Assembly: GCA_046328475.1 (NCBI GenBank)
Contig: JAXLWN010000019.1
Span: 12,323 to 76,322, forward strand
Length of the DNA: 64,000 nt
Direction of reading: 5' to 3'
Source: Chloroflexia bacterium
GTDB taxonomy: Bacteria > Chloroflexota > Chloroflexia > Thermomicrobiales > CADCWN01
In this document: piece by piece, positions 1 through 9,307 of the stretch
Layout: every line of letters starts with the position of its first letter
Numbering within the stretch: the first letter of the stretch is position 1
Translations under genes and position numbers: made by a program
The notes under the pieces: model-generated
Told to the model about the DNA's origin: nothing
The model's database searches: none
What the model saw: the letters and a program-made list of their open reading frames with translations, nothing else

Positions 1-108
1 GAACCTTCGAACCTTCAAACCGTACCCCAAACCTTGAACTCCCCCCCCGCTCGGCTATACTTGCCCCCGTGGCAATGTCCCGCGAAGTGATCGGAGTCCC
101 GCGCAACC

Positions 109-1236
109 ATGGCGATGCTTGAGCCATCCCAGCGAAGCACCTGGCGCAACGCCGACCCGGCGATGCTGATCATCACCCTGCTGCTCGTCGGCTTCGGCGT
201 GGTGACGATCTTCACCGCCAGCGACCACTCGATCTCCCTCGCCGATCCGGCGGCGAAGCAGGCCCTCTTCGCGATCATCGGCCTGGTCGCGATGACCTTC
301 CTGGCCGCGCTCGATTACCGCTTCTGGCGCGTCCTGATCGCCCCGGTTTACCTCGGGGCGCTGGGGCTGCTCGTGCTCGTGCTCCAGTTCGGTGCCGTCT
401 GGGGCGGCGCGCAGCGCTGGTTCGACCTGAAGGTGATGTCCTTCCAGCCCTCCGAGACGGCGAAACTCGCCACCATCGTCGCCCTGGCCGCCTTCGTCTC
501 GATGCGCGGCGTCCACATGCGCGGCCCCTTCTCCTTCGCCGCAACCGGCCTGATCGCGGCCGTCCCGGCGGTGCTCGTCTTCATCGAGCCCGACCTCGGC
601 ACCGCGCTGATCTTCATCGCGATCTGGCTCGGCGTTGCCGTCGTGTCACGCACGCGCGGCCTCTACCTGATCGGCTGCGCCATCGCGGCGGTGCCAGTCA
701 CCCTCTACTTCTGGAACAACGTCTTCCACGAATACCAGCGCGACCGCCTCCGCATCTTCCTCCACCCCGAGCGCGACGACACCGGGCAAGGCTTTAATAT
801 CATCCAGGCCAAGATCACCATCGGCCAGGCCGGCCTGGTCGGCCACCGCTTCTCCGAAACGGCGCAGATCAATCAGTACCAGCGCCTCGTCGTCTCCGAG
901 TCCGACTTCGCCTTCGCCCACGCCATCGGCAACTTCGGCTTCATCGGCGCGCTGGCCCTCTTCGCGCTCTACCTGCTCCTGATCTGGCGCTACCTGCGCG
1001 TCGCCCACCTCGCGCGCGACGAATTCGGGCAACTGATCGCGGTCGGCGCGGCGGCGATGCTCTTCTTCCAGGCCTTCATCAACATCGGGATGAACGTCAA
1101 CATCCTCCCCCCCGTCGGCATCCCGCTCCCCTTCATCAGCGCCGGTGGCGTCTCGCTGGTCACGCTCCTGGCGCTCCAGGGTATCCTGCAGAGCGTGCTG
1201 ATGCATCGGCAACGACTGGCCTTCGGCTCAGGGTGA
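109..1236 (+). CDS. SEDS-family peptidoglycan polymerase (FtsW/RodA/SpoVE family)
   Basis: 375-aa polytopic membrane ORF with family-typical FQPSETAKLA and PLPFISAGGVSL motifs. It has a 4-nt ATGA overlap with the next ORF. Confidence 0.85.
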   Translation: MAMLEPSQRSTWRNADPAMLIITLLLVGFGVVTIFTASDHSISLADPAAKQALFAIIGLVAMTFLAALDYRFWRVLIAPVYLGALGLLVLVLQFGAVWGGAQRWFDLKVMSFQPSETAKLATIVALAAFVSMRGVHMRGPFSFAATGLIAAVPAVLVFIEPDLGTALIFIAIWLGVAVVSRTRGLYLIGCAIAAVPVTLYFWNNVFHEYQRDRLRIFLHPERDDTGQGFNIIQAKITIGQAGLVGHRFSETAQINQYQRLVVSESDFAFAHAIGNFGFIGALALFALYLLLIWRYLRVAHLARDEFGQLIAVGAAAMLFFQAFINIGMNVNILPPVGIPLPFISAGGVSLVTLLALQGILQSVLMHRQRLAFGSG

Positions 1237-2897
1237 TGGCGCGCACCACGCGCGACGAGCACGCCGACCTCCCCAAACCGGCCGCCGCCACGCCGCCGAC
1301 CGGACCACGGCGTTCGCGCTGGCGGCTTGTTCTCACCCTCCCCGCCCTCCTGCTCGCCCTGCTCGGCGTCGCCGGGCTGATCCCCACGATCCGCTCGGCC
1401 CCGCCGCCCCCCTCCGCGCACGAGCCGAACCGCTACCCCTCCGGCACCGGTGCCGCCAACCGGCTGGTCATCATCCTGGCCCCGCAACTCGGCGAGCGCG
1501 AGATCCCCCTGCTCCGCGCGGCCCTGCTCCCCGCAGCCCCCGACGCCGGCGCGCAGTTCGCGATCGACCGGCCCGGCTTCTCCTCGTTCGACGATATCTC
1601 GCTCGTGCTGCTGGCCGGCAACGGGCCGAACGGCGTCACCCCGCCCGCGCCCGCCGATCAGCCGCCCGACACGCTCGTCCGCAGCGCGACCGGCAAGGGA
1701 CGCCGCGCCGTGCTGCTTGGCCCCGCCGACTGGCGCGCACTCTTCGGGTTCAGCGATCCCGCCCCCAGCGGCTCCAGCTCCCCCACGCCCGCCACCGAAA
1801 CCCTGCTCAACGGCGTCGGCGAGGCCCTGGTCGCGGGCGACGCCCCGCTGATCATCGTCATGGCGCGCGATCTCAACGCGCGCGACCTGCGCGAAGAACC
1901 GGGCAATCTGCGCGCGCTCCTGGCGCAACTCGGGGCGCAACTCGGCCCGAGCGACGCCCTGCTCCTGGTGGGCGGCGGCGGGACCATCGGCGAATCGCTC
2001 CACCTCTCGCTCGGTGGGGCCGGAATCAAACAGACCCTGCTCCGCACGATGGCGCTAAACGACATCGCGCCAACCTGCGCGGTGCTGCTCGGCCTCCCCT
2101 ATCCATCCGAAGTGCGCGGGCGCATCTCCTGGAGCGTGCTGGTCGCCGACGAGCGCCGCAAGGCCATCGCCACCTCCGGCCTGGCCCGGCAACGGACCTG
2201 GCTGGCGATCAGCGCCGTCCCCTTCGGCGCGCAGTACCCCGCCTCGCTGCGCGTCCTGGCCAGCCAGCTCGCCGAGGCCGACGCCGAGATCGCCCAGAGC
2301 CGCTACGACTACGGCTACCAACTCTCCTCCAGCAACCTCGACCAGGCCGACCGCCAGCTGGTGGCCCTGGCCGGGGTCGCCCCGCTCCCCACACCCCGCC
2401 GCGCCGCCTGGGGACTCGTCATCCCCTGCCTCGTCGCCGCCCTTTTGGCGATCGGCGCGGTCGCCCTGGTCCGCGCCTGGGGCACGCTCGGTGCCGCCGC
2501 CGCCGGGGCCACCACCGCCCTCATCCTCTGGAGCGCCCTCGCCATCTTCCTGCAGCGCGCCATCGTCCCCAACCTGCTCACCGTCGTCGCCCTCACCGCC
2601 GCCCACACCCTCTGCGGCGGCCTCGTCAGCGCCTGGCTCGCTCGCCGCTGGAGCCGCCCGCGCCCCAGGCTCGCCATCGACCTCCTTGTCCTCCTCGCCG
2701 CCTTCCCCGCCGCCATCTGCGCCTACCGCTACGGCCTCCCCTGGCGCCTGCGCCTGGAAGAATCCGCCCCCCTCTTCCTCTGGCGCTCCGCCCTCCTCGC
2801 CCCCCTCGGCCTCCTCCTCACCGGCTACCTCGCCCTCTGGTTCCTCCAACGCCGTGCAGCAACGGCGACCACCCCTACCCATCAGGAAGCCATCTAG
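1233..2897 (+). CDS. hypothetical membrane protein, translationally coupled to the SEDS gene
   Basis: 554-aa ORF with an N-terminal TM helix, a soluble Ala/Leu/Pro-rich domain and about 5 C-terminal TM helices. The start overlaps the SEDS stop (ATGA). No family recognised. Confidence 0.5.
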   Translation: MMARTTRDEHADLPKPAAATPPTGPRRSRWRLVLTLPALLLALLGVAGLIPTIRSAPPPPSAHEPNRYPSGTGAANRLVIILAPQLGEREIPLLRAALLPAAPDAGAQFAIDRPGFSSFDDISLVLLAGNGPNGVTPPAPADQPPDTLVRSATGKGRRAVLLGPADWRALFGFSDPAPSGSSSPTPATETLLNGVGEALVAGDAPLIIVMARDLNARDLREEPGNLRALLAQLGAQLGPSDALLLVGGGGTIGESLHLSLGGAGIKQTLLRTMALNDIAPTCAVLLGLPYPSEVRGRISWSVLVADERRKAIATSGLARQRTWLAISAVPFGAQYPASLRVLASQLAEADAEIAQSRYDYGYQLSSSNLDQADRQLVALAGVAPLPTPRRAAWGLVIPCLVAALLAIGAVALVRAWGTLGAAAAGATTALILWSALAIFLQRAIVPNLLTVVALTAAHTLCGGLVSAWLARRWSRPRPRLAIDLLVLLAAFPAAICAYRYGLPWRLRLEESAPLFLWRSALLAPLGLLLTGYLALWFLQRRAATATTPTHQEAI

Positions 2898-2996
2898 CCT
2901 CCAGTGGTCTGCCAGTCGCCATGCGTTAGATAGCAGCGACCAAGCTTGATGCACGCCGCACTACTACATCGGCCAGTCTGTCGGAAGTGCGCGGAA

Positions 2997-3404
2997 CTAT
3001 GGTTCAGCGACGAAGCCGACCACCACAGGCTTTTCCAACTCGGACGCCACGCGGCTCGGGGTGGTGGCCCGATATCCCGCCGGAACCTCGGCGTAGACCT
3101 CAAATGCCGCTGCTGGACAACCTGGGAGCCAAGCCGAGAGCCCTGCCACACCGTCTGCTCTGGTCACAGCGCTCGCCGCCCTGCGCTGGAAGACACTCTT
3201 GATATTCTCAAGTACGAAGGTGACGCCGCCCAGCGGTGGCTCATCGGACTCGCGGATACCATCGGCGTCCAAGTCAATCCATGCTTGGACGGGGACCTGC
3301 CAGATGCAATCCACCGCCATCGATGGCCGACTCGTCGCCTTTGGCGTCACACTCGGGGTAGGCGACTCAGATCCGCACCCCAGCAACACTAGCAACGTAG
3401 TCAT
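2997..3404 (-). CDS. putative lipoprotein
   Basis: An internal Met gives MTTLLVLLGCGSES, a lipobox-like LLGC. The region is locally AT-richer. A DADGIRESDEPPLGGVTFVLEN segment resembles SdrD-B/Cna-like folds. The upstream part of the 164-aa ORF was not used. Confidence 0.4.
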   Translation of the reverse strand: MTTLLVLLGCGSESPTPSVTPKATSRPSMAVDCIWQVPVQAWIDLDADGIRESDEPPLGGVTFVLENIKSVFQRRAASAVTRADGVAGLSAWLPGCPAAAFEVYAEVPAGYRATTPSRVASELEKPVVVGFVAEP

Positions 3405-3521
3405 CGCCAGGAACGGCCAGCCTCTGCCCACGTTGCCCCCCACAGCTGATAACCTGCACCACCGCCCAGAAGATAACGCGGCACACGCCATCAGGAAGCC
3501 CCAGAGACGGCACCGCTAGTC

Positions 3522-3562
3522 ATAAAAAAGGCCCCCCCTCTCCTCGCGGGAGAGGGGGCCGG
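3522..3562 (-). terminator. rho-independent terminator downstream of the M20 peptidase gene
   Basis: On the minus strand a ggccccctctcc/ggagagggggcc hairpin is followed by TTTTTT (plus-strand aaaaaa at 3524-3529). The hairpin is also a REP-like unit. Confidence 0.65.
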
Positions 3563-3611
3563 GGGGTGAGGTCGCTCCACGAACGCATGAACGCACTGAC
3601 CCACGCCCCCG

Positions 3612-4979
3612 TCACGCCAGCAGATCGTACGCCAGCGTCACCAGCATCTTCGTCGACAGAATCAGGGACTCGATATCCGCCGACTCATTGATATTGTGCG
3701 CCCCACCCTTCGTCGGGTCGGCGCTCGGGTGACTCGGCAGGAAGCCGTAGATCACCGGGCAGAGGTGCCGGATCAACCGCGAATCGGTGAACCCCACCGT
3801 CAGATTCGGCACGAACGCCAGCTTCTCATTGTCCAGCGCCGCCATCGTCGCCTCCTGCACCGCAGTCGCGAACGGCGCACCCGCCCCCTCATAGGGCGAC
3901 GCGCTCGGCACCGCCGTGTAATTGATCTGGAAGCTCACCCCCTCCAGCCCATCGAGGATCCGGCTGAGTTGGTCGTGGACGTAATTCACATCCTGGTGCG
4001 GCAGCGTGCGCACATCGCACTTAATCGTCGCGCTCTCGGCCACACTATTCGACTTCACCCCGGCACTGATCATCGACGCCACCAGCGTCATCCGCGTCAG
4101 CGCCTTCAACCCCGAACCCCAGTTCGGATTCTGCTTATCCAGCTCGGCCGCAATCCGGTCCACATTCTCGGCCGTGATCTTCTCCTCCACACCATACAGA
4201 TCGGCGATCGGATCGATCAGCGCCGGGTCAACGTGGATCTCCGGCTGATACGCCGCGATCCGGCTGATCACCGCCTGCGACTTGTAGATCGCATTGTCCG
4301 CGCGCCACGGCTGCGACGCGTGATACCCACGCCCCTTCACCGTGATCACGATCTCCAGCCGCCCCTTCTCCCCCGTGCTGACCAGATAGGCCATCCGACC
4401 ATCCGGCGCGTGTACCAGCGCCCCGCCCCCCTCATTAATCCCAAAGTCCGCCTTCAGCAGATCCCCGTGGTGCTTCGCCAGCCACTCAAATCCGTAGACA
4501 CCGCCCGTCTCCTCGTCGGCCCCCGCCGCGAAGATCAGATCCCCCTTCAACTGCACCCCGGCGCGCTTCAGCAGAATCATCGCCATCGCCTCGGCGGCGA
4601 CGGTATTCTTCATGTCATTCGCCCCGCGCCCGTAGATCCGCCCCTCGTGAATCTCCGCCCCAAACGGCGGATGCGTCCACGCCGCCTCATCCTCAACCGG
4701 CACCACATCGGTATGCGACAGATAGAGCAAACGCGGCGACCCCGCGCTCCCGCGCATCGTCGCGATGTAATTCCCCCGATTCGGCGCAGAGAGGAAAATA
4801 TCCCCGTCAATCCCATCGGCCGCCAGCTTATCCCGCAGCAACTCCGCCGCCGGCAACTCATCCCCGGTCGGCATAATCCCGGTGCTCACCGTCGGAATCC
4901 GCACCAGCGCCTGGCACAGCTCAATGATCTCCTGCCGCGCCGCCTCCACCGAAGCCAGCAACTCATCCCGCGTCGCCAT
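3612..4979 (-). CDS. M20-family metallopeptidase (ArgE/DapE/ACY1/CPG2 family)
   Basis: Contains LLYLSHTDVVPV...GRGANDMKN and a later DEETGG motif typical of M20 dipeptidases/deacylases. The Met at 4979 is preceded by GGGAGGG. The ORF is open to 5000. Confidence 0.85.
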   Translation of the reverse strand: MATRDELLASVEAARQEIIELCQALVRIPTVSTGIMPTGDELPAAELLRDKLAADGIDGDIFLSAPNRGNYIATMRGSAGSPRLLYLSHTDVVPVEDEAAWTHPPFGAEIHEGRIYGRGANDMKNTVAAEAMAMILLKRAGVQLKGDLIFAAGADEETGGVYGFEWLAKHHGDLLKADFGINEGGGALVHAPDGRMAYLVSTGEKGRLEIVITVKGRGYHASQPWRADNAIYKSQAVISRIAAYQPEIHVDPALIDPIADLYGVEEKITAENVDRIAAELDKQNPNWGSGLKALTRMTLVASMISAGVKSNSVAESATIKCDVRTLPHQDVNYVHDQLSRILDGLEGVSFQINYTAVPSASPYEGAGAPFATAVQEATMAALDNEKLAFVPNLTVGFTDSRLIRHLCPVIYGFLPSHPSADPTKGGAHNINESADIESLILSTKMLVTLAYDLLA

Positions 4980-5217
4980 CCAACCCTCCCTATCAATCAA
5001 TCAAGCGAACCAACCTCACCCGAACCCCAATTGGCCGCTATCCTATCACGCAGCCCCCCCTCCCGGCTGCCACCTAATCCCCCACCACTCCCCGTCTGCC
5101 ACCACCCCCAAATCCCGATTTCATCCGGCGCACCTCGTCGCCCGGAGCACACATCTCCGGGCGATCTGCGCACGTCACCACCCGCACCGCCACACACCAC
5201 CCGCTTCCCCCAGGATC

Positions 5218-5378
5218 CCCACCCTCTCCTCATCAGGGGAGGGTCGCCGCCGCAGCGGCGGGGAGGGGTGAGAACCGTCGCACGCCACCGCGCTAAATCA
5301 TTGCCCACAATCGTCGGTTCGTGTTCTCCTCTCCCAATCGGTGGGAGAGGGTGCCGCCCGCAGGCGGCGGGGTGAGGG
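5218..5378. repeat. two REP-like palindromic units (family 1: ggagagggg hairpin plus gccgc..gcggcggggtgagg)
   Basis: Units at about 5218-5271 and 5326-5378. The same bipartite motif recurs at 3531, 13348, 15652/16879, 18127, 36575, 36664 and 38732. Confidence 0.8.
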
Positions 5379-5387
5379 CCGTCCCCT

Positions 5388-5416
5388 CTTACGACGTACG
5401 ACTTACGACTTACGAC
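5388..5416. repeat. tandem heptamer array (CTTACGA-like)
   Basis: The sequence reads cttacgacgtacgacttacgacttacgac. A related array occurs at 49185-49200. Confidence 0.8.
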
Positions 5417-5612
5417 TCCGCAATCAAGTATCATCCCCCCACGTCAGCAGCGCTGACACCGACTCCCATCCCCCGGCCACCGGGACGTAAGCGAGGTGCC
5501 CCCATGTTGGTCCATACCCGCATCAGCAATCGACCGAACGGCACCAACCGAGCATAGAGCAGGCCGGGCCATCACATCGCCCCCTGCTCGGACGCAACCG
5601 CATGGGGGAGAC

Positions 5613-6153
5613 ATGCTCCAGAAACCACCAATCGCCGACGAGGCGTTGGCAGCATCCGTGCGCGCCAGCTACGGCGTCACCGTCGCGCACCTCGAATTCC
5701 TCCCGCTCGGCGAAGACAACGACGCCGGGGTCTACCGGGTCACCGCCGCCGACGGCCCGACCTACTTCCTGAAAGTCCGGCGCGGCACCCTCTACCCACC
5801 CAGCGTCACCGTCCCGCGCGCCCTGCGCGAAGCGGGCATGAGCGAAGTCGTCGCCCCCCTCCCGACCATCACCCCCGAGCCGTGGGGTACGGTCGGCGAG
5901 TTCGCCGTGCTGCTCTACCCCTTCGTCGAAGGCAAGAGCGGCTGGGAGCCAACCTGACGCCCGCGCAATGGGGCGAATACGGCGCGATCTTCGGGCGACT
6001 CCACGCCACCCAGTGCCACCAGCAATCGCGCAAACCCTGCCGCGCGACCTTCTCCTCGGCACGCCCGCGCCGCTCGTGGAAGCCCTGCTGTGGCGAACCG
6101 AGCGCGGCGCGCCCCACCCGGGCCGCGCCCGCCAACCCATCACACATCGATAG
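5613..6153 (+). pseudogene. aminoglycoside/choline-kinase-type phosphotransferase (APH family) remnant, frameshifted and truncated
   Basis: The N-lobe-like MLQKPPIADEALAASVRASYGV...YFLKVRR...LYPFVEG stops at 5957. The continuation LTPAQWGEYGAIFGRLHAT lies in another frame and VPPAIAQTLPR in a third. No C-terminal half is present. Confidence 0.6.
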
Positions 6154-6164
6154 GAGCAACCACC

Positions 6165-6935
6165 GTGGCAGAGAAGCTCTACCGCGCCGCTATCAGCCCG
6201 CCCACCTCCCCCGTTCCCACGCCGAACGCCTGGGGGCGCGCGGCCGGAACACTGCCCCCGCACGGCGAGGCAATGGGCACCATCCCCACCGCCCATCCGG
6301 TCTCCGCGCGTGCCGCCCTCGCCGCCCGGCTCGCGATCACCTCGGGCACGCTCTTCGTCCTGATACTCCTGAGCCTGCACCTCCTCGAACCCGAATTCGA
6401 CCCGACCTGGCGTTTCATCAGCGAATACGCACTGGGCACGTTCGGCTGGCTGATGCGCCTGGCATTCCTCATGCTCGCCGCGAGCCTCATCGGCACCGGC
6501 GTGGCAGTGTACGCCCACCTCCGCAGCGTCATCGGCTACATCGGCCTCTTCGGCCTCGGCCTCGCCGCCATCGGCCTCACCATCGCGGCGATCTTCATCA
6601 CCGATCCGATTACGACGAGCCAGGAAGCCGCGACCACCAGCGGGAAGTTGCACGCCCTGGGTGCCTCGCTCGACTACACCCCCGTCGCCACCCTCCTGCT
6701 CAGCATCGCGCTGGCCCGCAACCCGGCCTGGCGCCCCCTCCGCAAATGGCTCTTCCTCACCTCCGGCATCACCCTCGCCATCATGGCAGCCTTCTTCCTG
6801 CTGCTCCCGCGCGACGGCCAGTTCGGCCCCGGCGTCTATCTCGGCCTCTGCGGACGCGCCCAGCTGATCTCCTACCTCGGCTGGATCGCACCGGTCGGAC
6901 TCCACGTCATCCGGCTGCACAAGCGATCAGCGTAG
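6165..6935 (+). CDS. DUF998-like integral membrane protein
   Basis: Multi-TM ORF with the FISEYALGTFGWLMRLAF motif. GTG at 6165 lies 8 nt after AGGAG (6152-6156). An alternative ATG is at 6273. Confidence 0.55.
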   Translation: MAEKLYRAAISPPTSPVPTPNAWGRAAGTLPPHGEAMGTIPTAHPVSARAALAARLAITSGTLFVLILLSLHLLEPEFDPTWRFISEYALGTFGWLMRLAFLMLAASLIGTGVAVYAHLRSVIGYIGLFGLGLAAIGLTIAAIFITDPITTSQEAATTSGKLHALGASLDYTPVATLLLSIALARNPAWRPLRKWLFLTSGITLAIMAAFFLLLPRDGQFGPGVYLGLCGRAQLISYLGWIAPVGLHVIRLHKRSA

Positions 6936-7059
6936 CCCGAGAACACGCACCACCTCGACAGCACCATGCGGGGCCGGGGCAATCTTGCCCCGGCCCCACC
7001 TCGACGCAGCGCCCTCCCAGCCCCCCCGCCGCCCAGCCACACAGCCCCGCACCCACCAC

Positions 7060-7400
7060 CGCGTTAGAGTCCCCCCAGCATTGGGGGGATGGAGGGGGGC
7101 CTCCCCAATGTGGCATGATTTCCCCTCCTCGACGGGTCCGTAGAGATAGCGGCACCAGGCATCCCCCACCAAGGAGGCCCACCATGGCTCACGCCCAACT
7201 CTCCGCTCTCTTCTCCTTCTCTCTTCTCTCCACTCTCCTCACGCTCCTCTCTCCGTCCTTGGCGTCCTTGGCGTCTTGGCGGTTCACCCATCCTTTCTTT
7301 CCACGCTCTTCTCTCCACTCGCCACGCCACGCCCCCGGAGCAGCAGAAGAAAAAATCAAAAATGCAAAAACAAACCTACTTTCCCCGCGTAACTCGCTTA
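7060..7400. repeat. mosaic intergenic repeat element, copy A
   Basis: Modules at 7102-7150 and 7364-7389 recur reverse-complemented at 12637-12685 and 12323-12348. Low-complexity CT-rich tracts lie in between. Confidence 0.75.
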
Positions 7401-7529
7401 CACGCAATCCACGTACACACGGACGCACTGACGCACGGCCCCGCCCCACCCTGTACGGACAGATCGTGTCGCCCAAGACGACGAACGATAGCACAGGGTA
7501 CAAAAGTACCAATTTGTCACGCCAGGGAC

Positions 7530-7557
7530 TTGACGCCACGCCGATTCTGGGTATGAT
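7530..7557 (+). promoter_or_regulatory. candidate sigma-70 promoter
   Basis: TTGACG (7530-7535), a 16-nt spacer, then TATGAT (7552-7557). It sits in an AT-richer stretch about 210 nt upstream of the NlpC/P60 start. Confidence 0.45.
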
Positions 7558-7579
7558 GTGCGCAATGCCACGTACGTAT

Positions 7580-7645
7580 GAACCCTTGCTGAGTTGAAGT
7601 GCATCGCGATCATCGCAGCGGCTTCGGCCGCGAGGGTTCTTTTTG
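7580..7645 (+). terminator. promoter-proximal terminator-like hairpin (leader attenuator or small-RNA end)
   Basis: gaaccct (7580-7586) pairs with agggttc (7633-7639). An inner gcggc-ttcg-gccgc tetraloop hairpin is present, followed by TTTTT (7640-7644). Confidence 0.45.
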
Positions 7646-7767
7646 TCGTGTAGGGAGGTACGGATCGCCTTGTTAGCCAAACGGGCACCGCACCACACAA
7701 CCTCGACTCTCCTCCCTGCCACTCGCCCGCTGGTTGCCAGTCAGCCTGACGGGGGGACACGGAGTAC

Positions 7768-9225
7768 ATGCTAGCGGTGAGTCGATCGGCGCGTGGGCGC
7801 CTCCTGACGATGCTCTGCTGCGCGACCCTCTGCGCCGGGGCATTCGGCTTCCTCGCCCCCTCGCACGCCTCCGCCGACATCGTCGTCGGTGGCACCGCCG
7901 TCGTGATCACCACCGAAGGCGACAGCCTCAGCGTCCGCAGCGGAGCTGGTCGGCAGCACCCGATCGTCGGCTATCTCCCCCAGGGCACCACCGTCGCCAT
8001 CACCGGCGGCCCGGCCACGAGCGGCGACGGCATCGTCTGGTTCCAGATCCGCTGGCGCTCCCTCTCCGGCTGGTCCTCGGCCGAGTGGCTCGGCGAACCG
8101 GGTAAAGTCACCGCCGCCACCGACCCGCAGCCCTCCACACCGCCCGCCCCGGCGGCAGCGCCCGTCACCGCACCGCCCGCCACCGACCCGGTCCCCGCCA
8201 CCGGCCCCGGCCCCAAGATCACCGGCACCGGCGGCGTCGGTGCCCGGCTCCGCGCCGCCCCGAGCCTGAAAGCCGACATCCTCCTGATCATCCCCGAAGG
8301 TGCCACGGTCGAATTGACCGGCACCCCGCAGAGCGCCGAGGGCTACGAGTGGATGCCGGTGCGCTTCACCGGGCAGAGCGGCTGGGTGGCGAGCAGCCTC
8401 CTCTCCGCCAGCGCCGTCCCCGTTCCCGCGCCCGCGCCCGCCCCGGCAGCAGCCCCCGTCGCCACGCCGCCACCCGCCGCTGCACCGCCCGCCGTCCCGG
8501 CAGGCGGCATTAACCCCGGCGAGCGCGGCCAGGTGGTCGACACCGAGGGCATGCCGCTCCGCATCCGCCACTGGCCGGGCCTCGACGCCCCGATCACCGG
8601 CACGATCCCCGCCGGGGCGGTGGTGCAGGTCATCGGCGTCGCGCAGGCCGATAACACCGGCGCCCCCTGGTACCCCATCGACTACCTCGGCTCGCAGGGT
8701 TGGGTACTCGGCGAGCACCTGGCGCGTACCGACGCCCCCGTCGCCGCCGCGCCGCCCACGCCCGCCCCAACCCCGAAGCCGACACCGGCACCGACGCCCC
8801 CGCCAGCCGCCCCGGCCCCCCAGTCGGCTCCCGTCGCCGCGCCCGCCACCGCCGATCGCGGCCAGGCGATCGTGCAGTCGGCGCTGCGCTACATCGGCGC
8901 ACCCTACGTCTACGGCGGCACCACCCCGGCCGGGTGGGACTGCTCGGGCTACGTGATGTACGTCTACAAGGAAGCCGCCGGGATCAGCCTGCCGCGCTCG
9001 GCCGATCAGCAGTATCGGGTCGGCGCAGTCATCCCGGCCGACCAGGTGCGCGCGGGCGACATCGTCTTCTTCGCCGACACCTTCGGCCCCGGCATCACCC
9101 ACGACGGCATCGCGCTCGGCGATGGCCGCTTCGCCCATGCCCGCAGCGAAGGCTACGGGACCGTCATCAGCAGCCTCTCCGACCCCTACTGGTCGGCCCA
9201 CTACGCCGGAGCCCGCCGGCCCTGA
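7768..9225 (+). CDS. secreted NlpC/P60 (C40) peptidoglycan endopeptidase with three SH3b-like repeats
   Basis: Signal peptide, then three repeats of type G..L.VR..P......G..W..V...G..GW separated by Pro/Ala linkers. The C-terminal domain reads YVYGGTTPAGWDCSGYVMYVY...GDIVFF...HDGI. Confidence 0.9.
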   Translation: MLAVSRSARGRLLTMLCCATLCAGAFGFLAPSHASADIVVGGTAVVITTEGDSLSVRSGAGRQHPIVGYLPQGTTVAITGGPATSGDGIVWFQIRWRSLSGWSSAEWLGEPGKVTAATDPQPSTPPAPAAAPVTAPPATDPVPATGPGPKITGTGGVGARLRAAPSLKADILLIIPEGATVELTGTPQSAEGYEWMPVRFTGQSGWVASSLLSASAVPVPAPAPAPAAAPVATPPPAAAPPAVPAGGINPGERGQVVDTEGMPLRIRHWPGLDAPITGTIPAGAVVQVIGVAQADNTGAPWYPIDYLGSQGWVLGEHLARTDAPVAAAPPTPAPTPKPTPAPTPPPAAPAPQSAPVAAPATADRGQAIVQSALRYIGAPYVYGGTTPAGWDCSGYVMYVYKEAAGISLPRSADQQYRVGAVIPADQVRAGDIVFFADTFGPGITHDGIALGDGRFAHARSEGYGTVISSLSDPYWSAHYAGARRP

Positions 9226-9244
9226 TCCGCCACGAGCGATGAGC

Positions 9245-9290
9245 AACGAGCGAAGCGCGGTGGGCAGTTGCCCACCGCGCTTCGCTCGTT
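9245..9290. terminator. perfect 22-bp-stem hairpin between convergent genes
   Basis: aacgagcgaagcgcggtgggca-gt-tgcccaccgcgcttcgctcgtt. No clear U-tract. It lies between the NlpC/P60 (+) and TerC (-) stops. Confidence 0.5.
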
Positions 9291-9307
9291 CGATTGCCTA
9301 CGGGCGA

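Noticed and set aside
5882-7597. 571-aa plus-strand ORF spanning the APH remnant, the DUF998 gene and the repeat region.
   Set aside because: Its translation is Pro/Arg/Ser-rich low complexity. The DUF998-like membrane protein in another frame and the repeat elements explain the region better.
7560-7767. Considered a c-di-AMP (ydaO-type) riboswitch upstream of the NlpC/P60 gene, by analogy with actinobacterial cell-wall hydrolase leaders.
   Set aside because: Only a vague ACGGGG-like match was found. I could not find the pseudo-twofold arrangement or the conserved cores by eye. The region is kept only as an unclassified structured leader.
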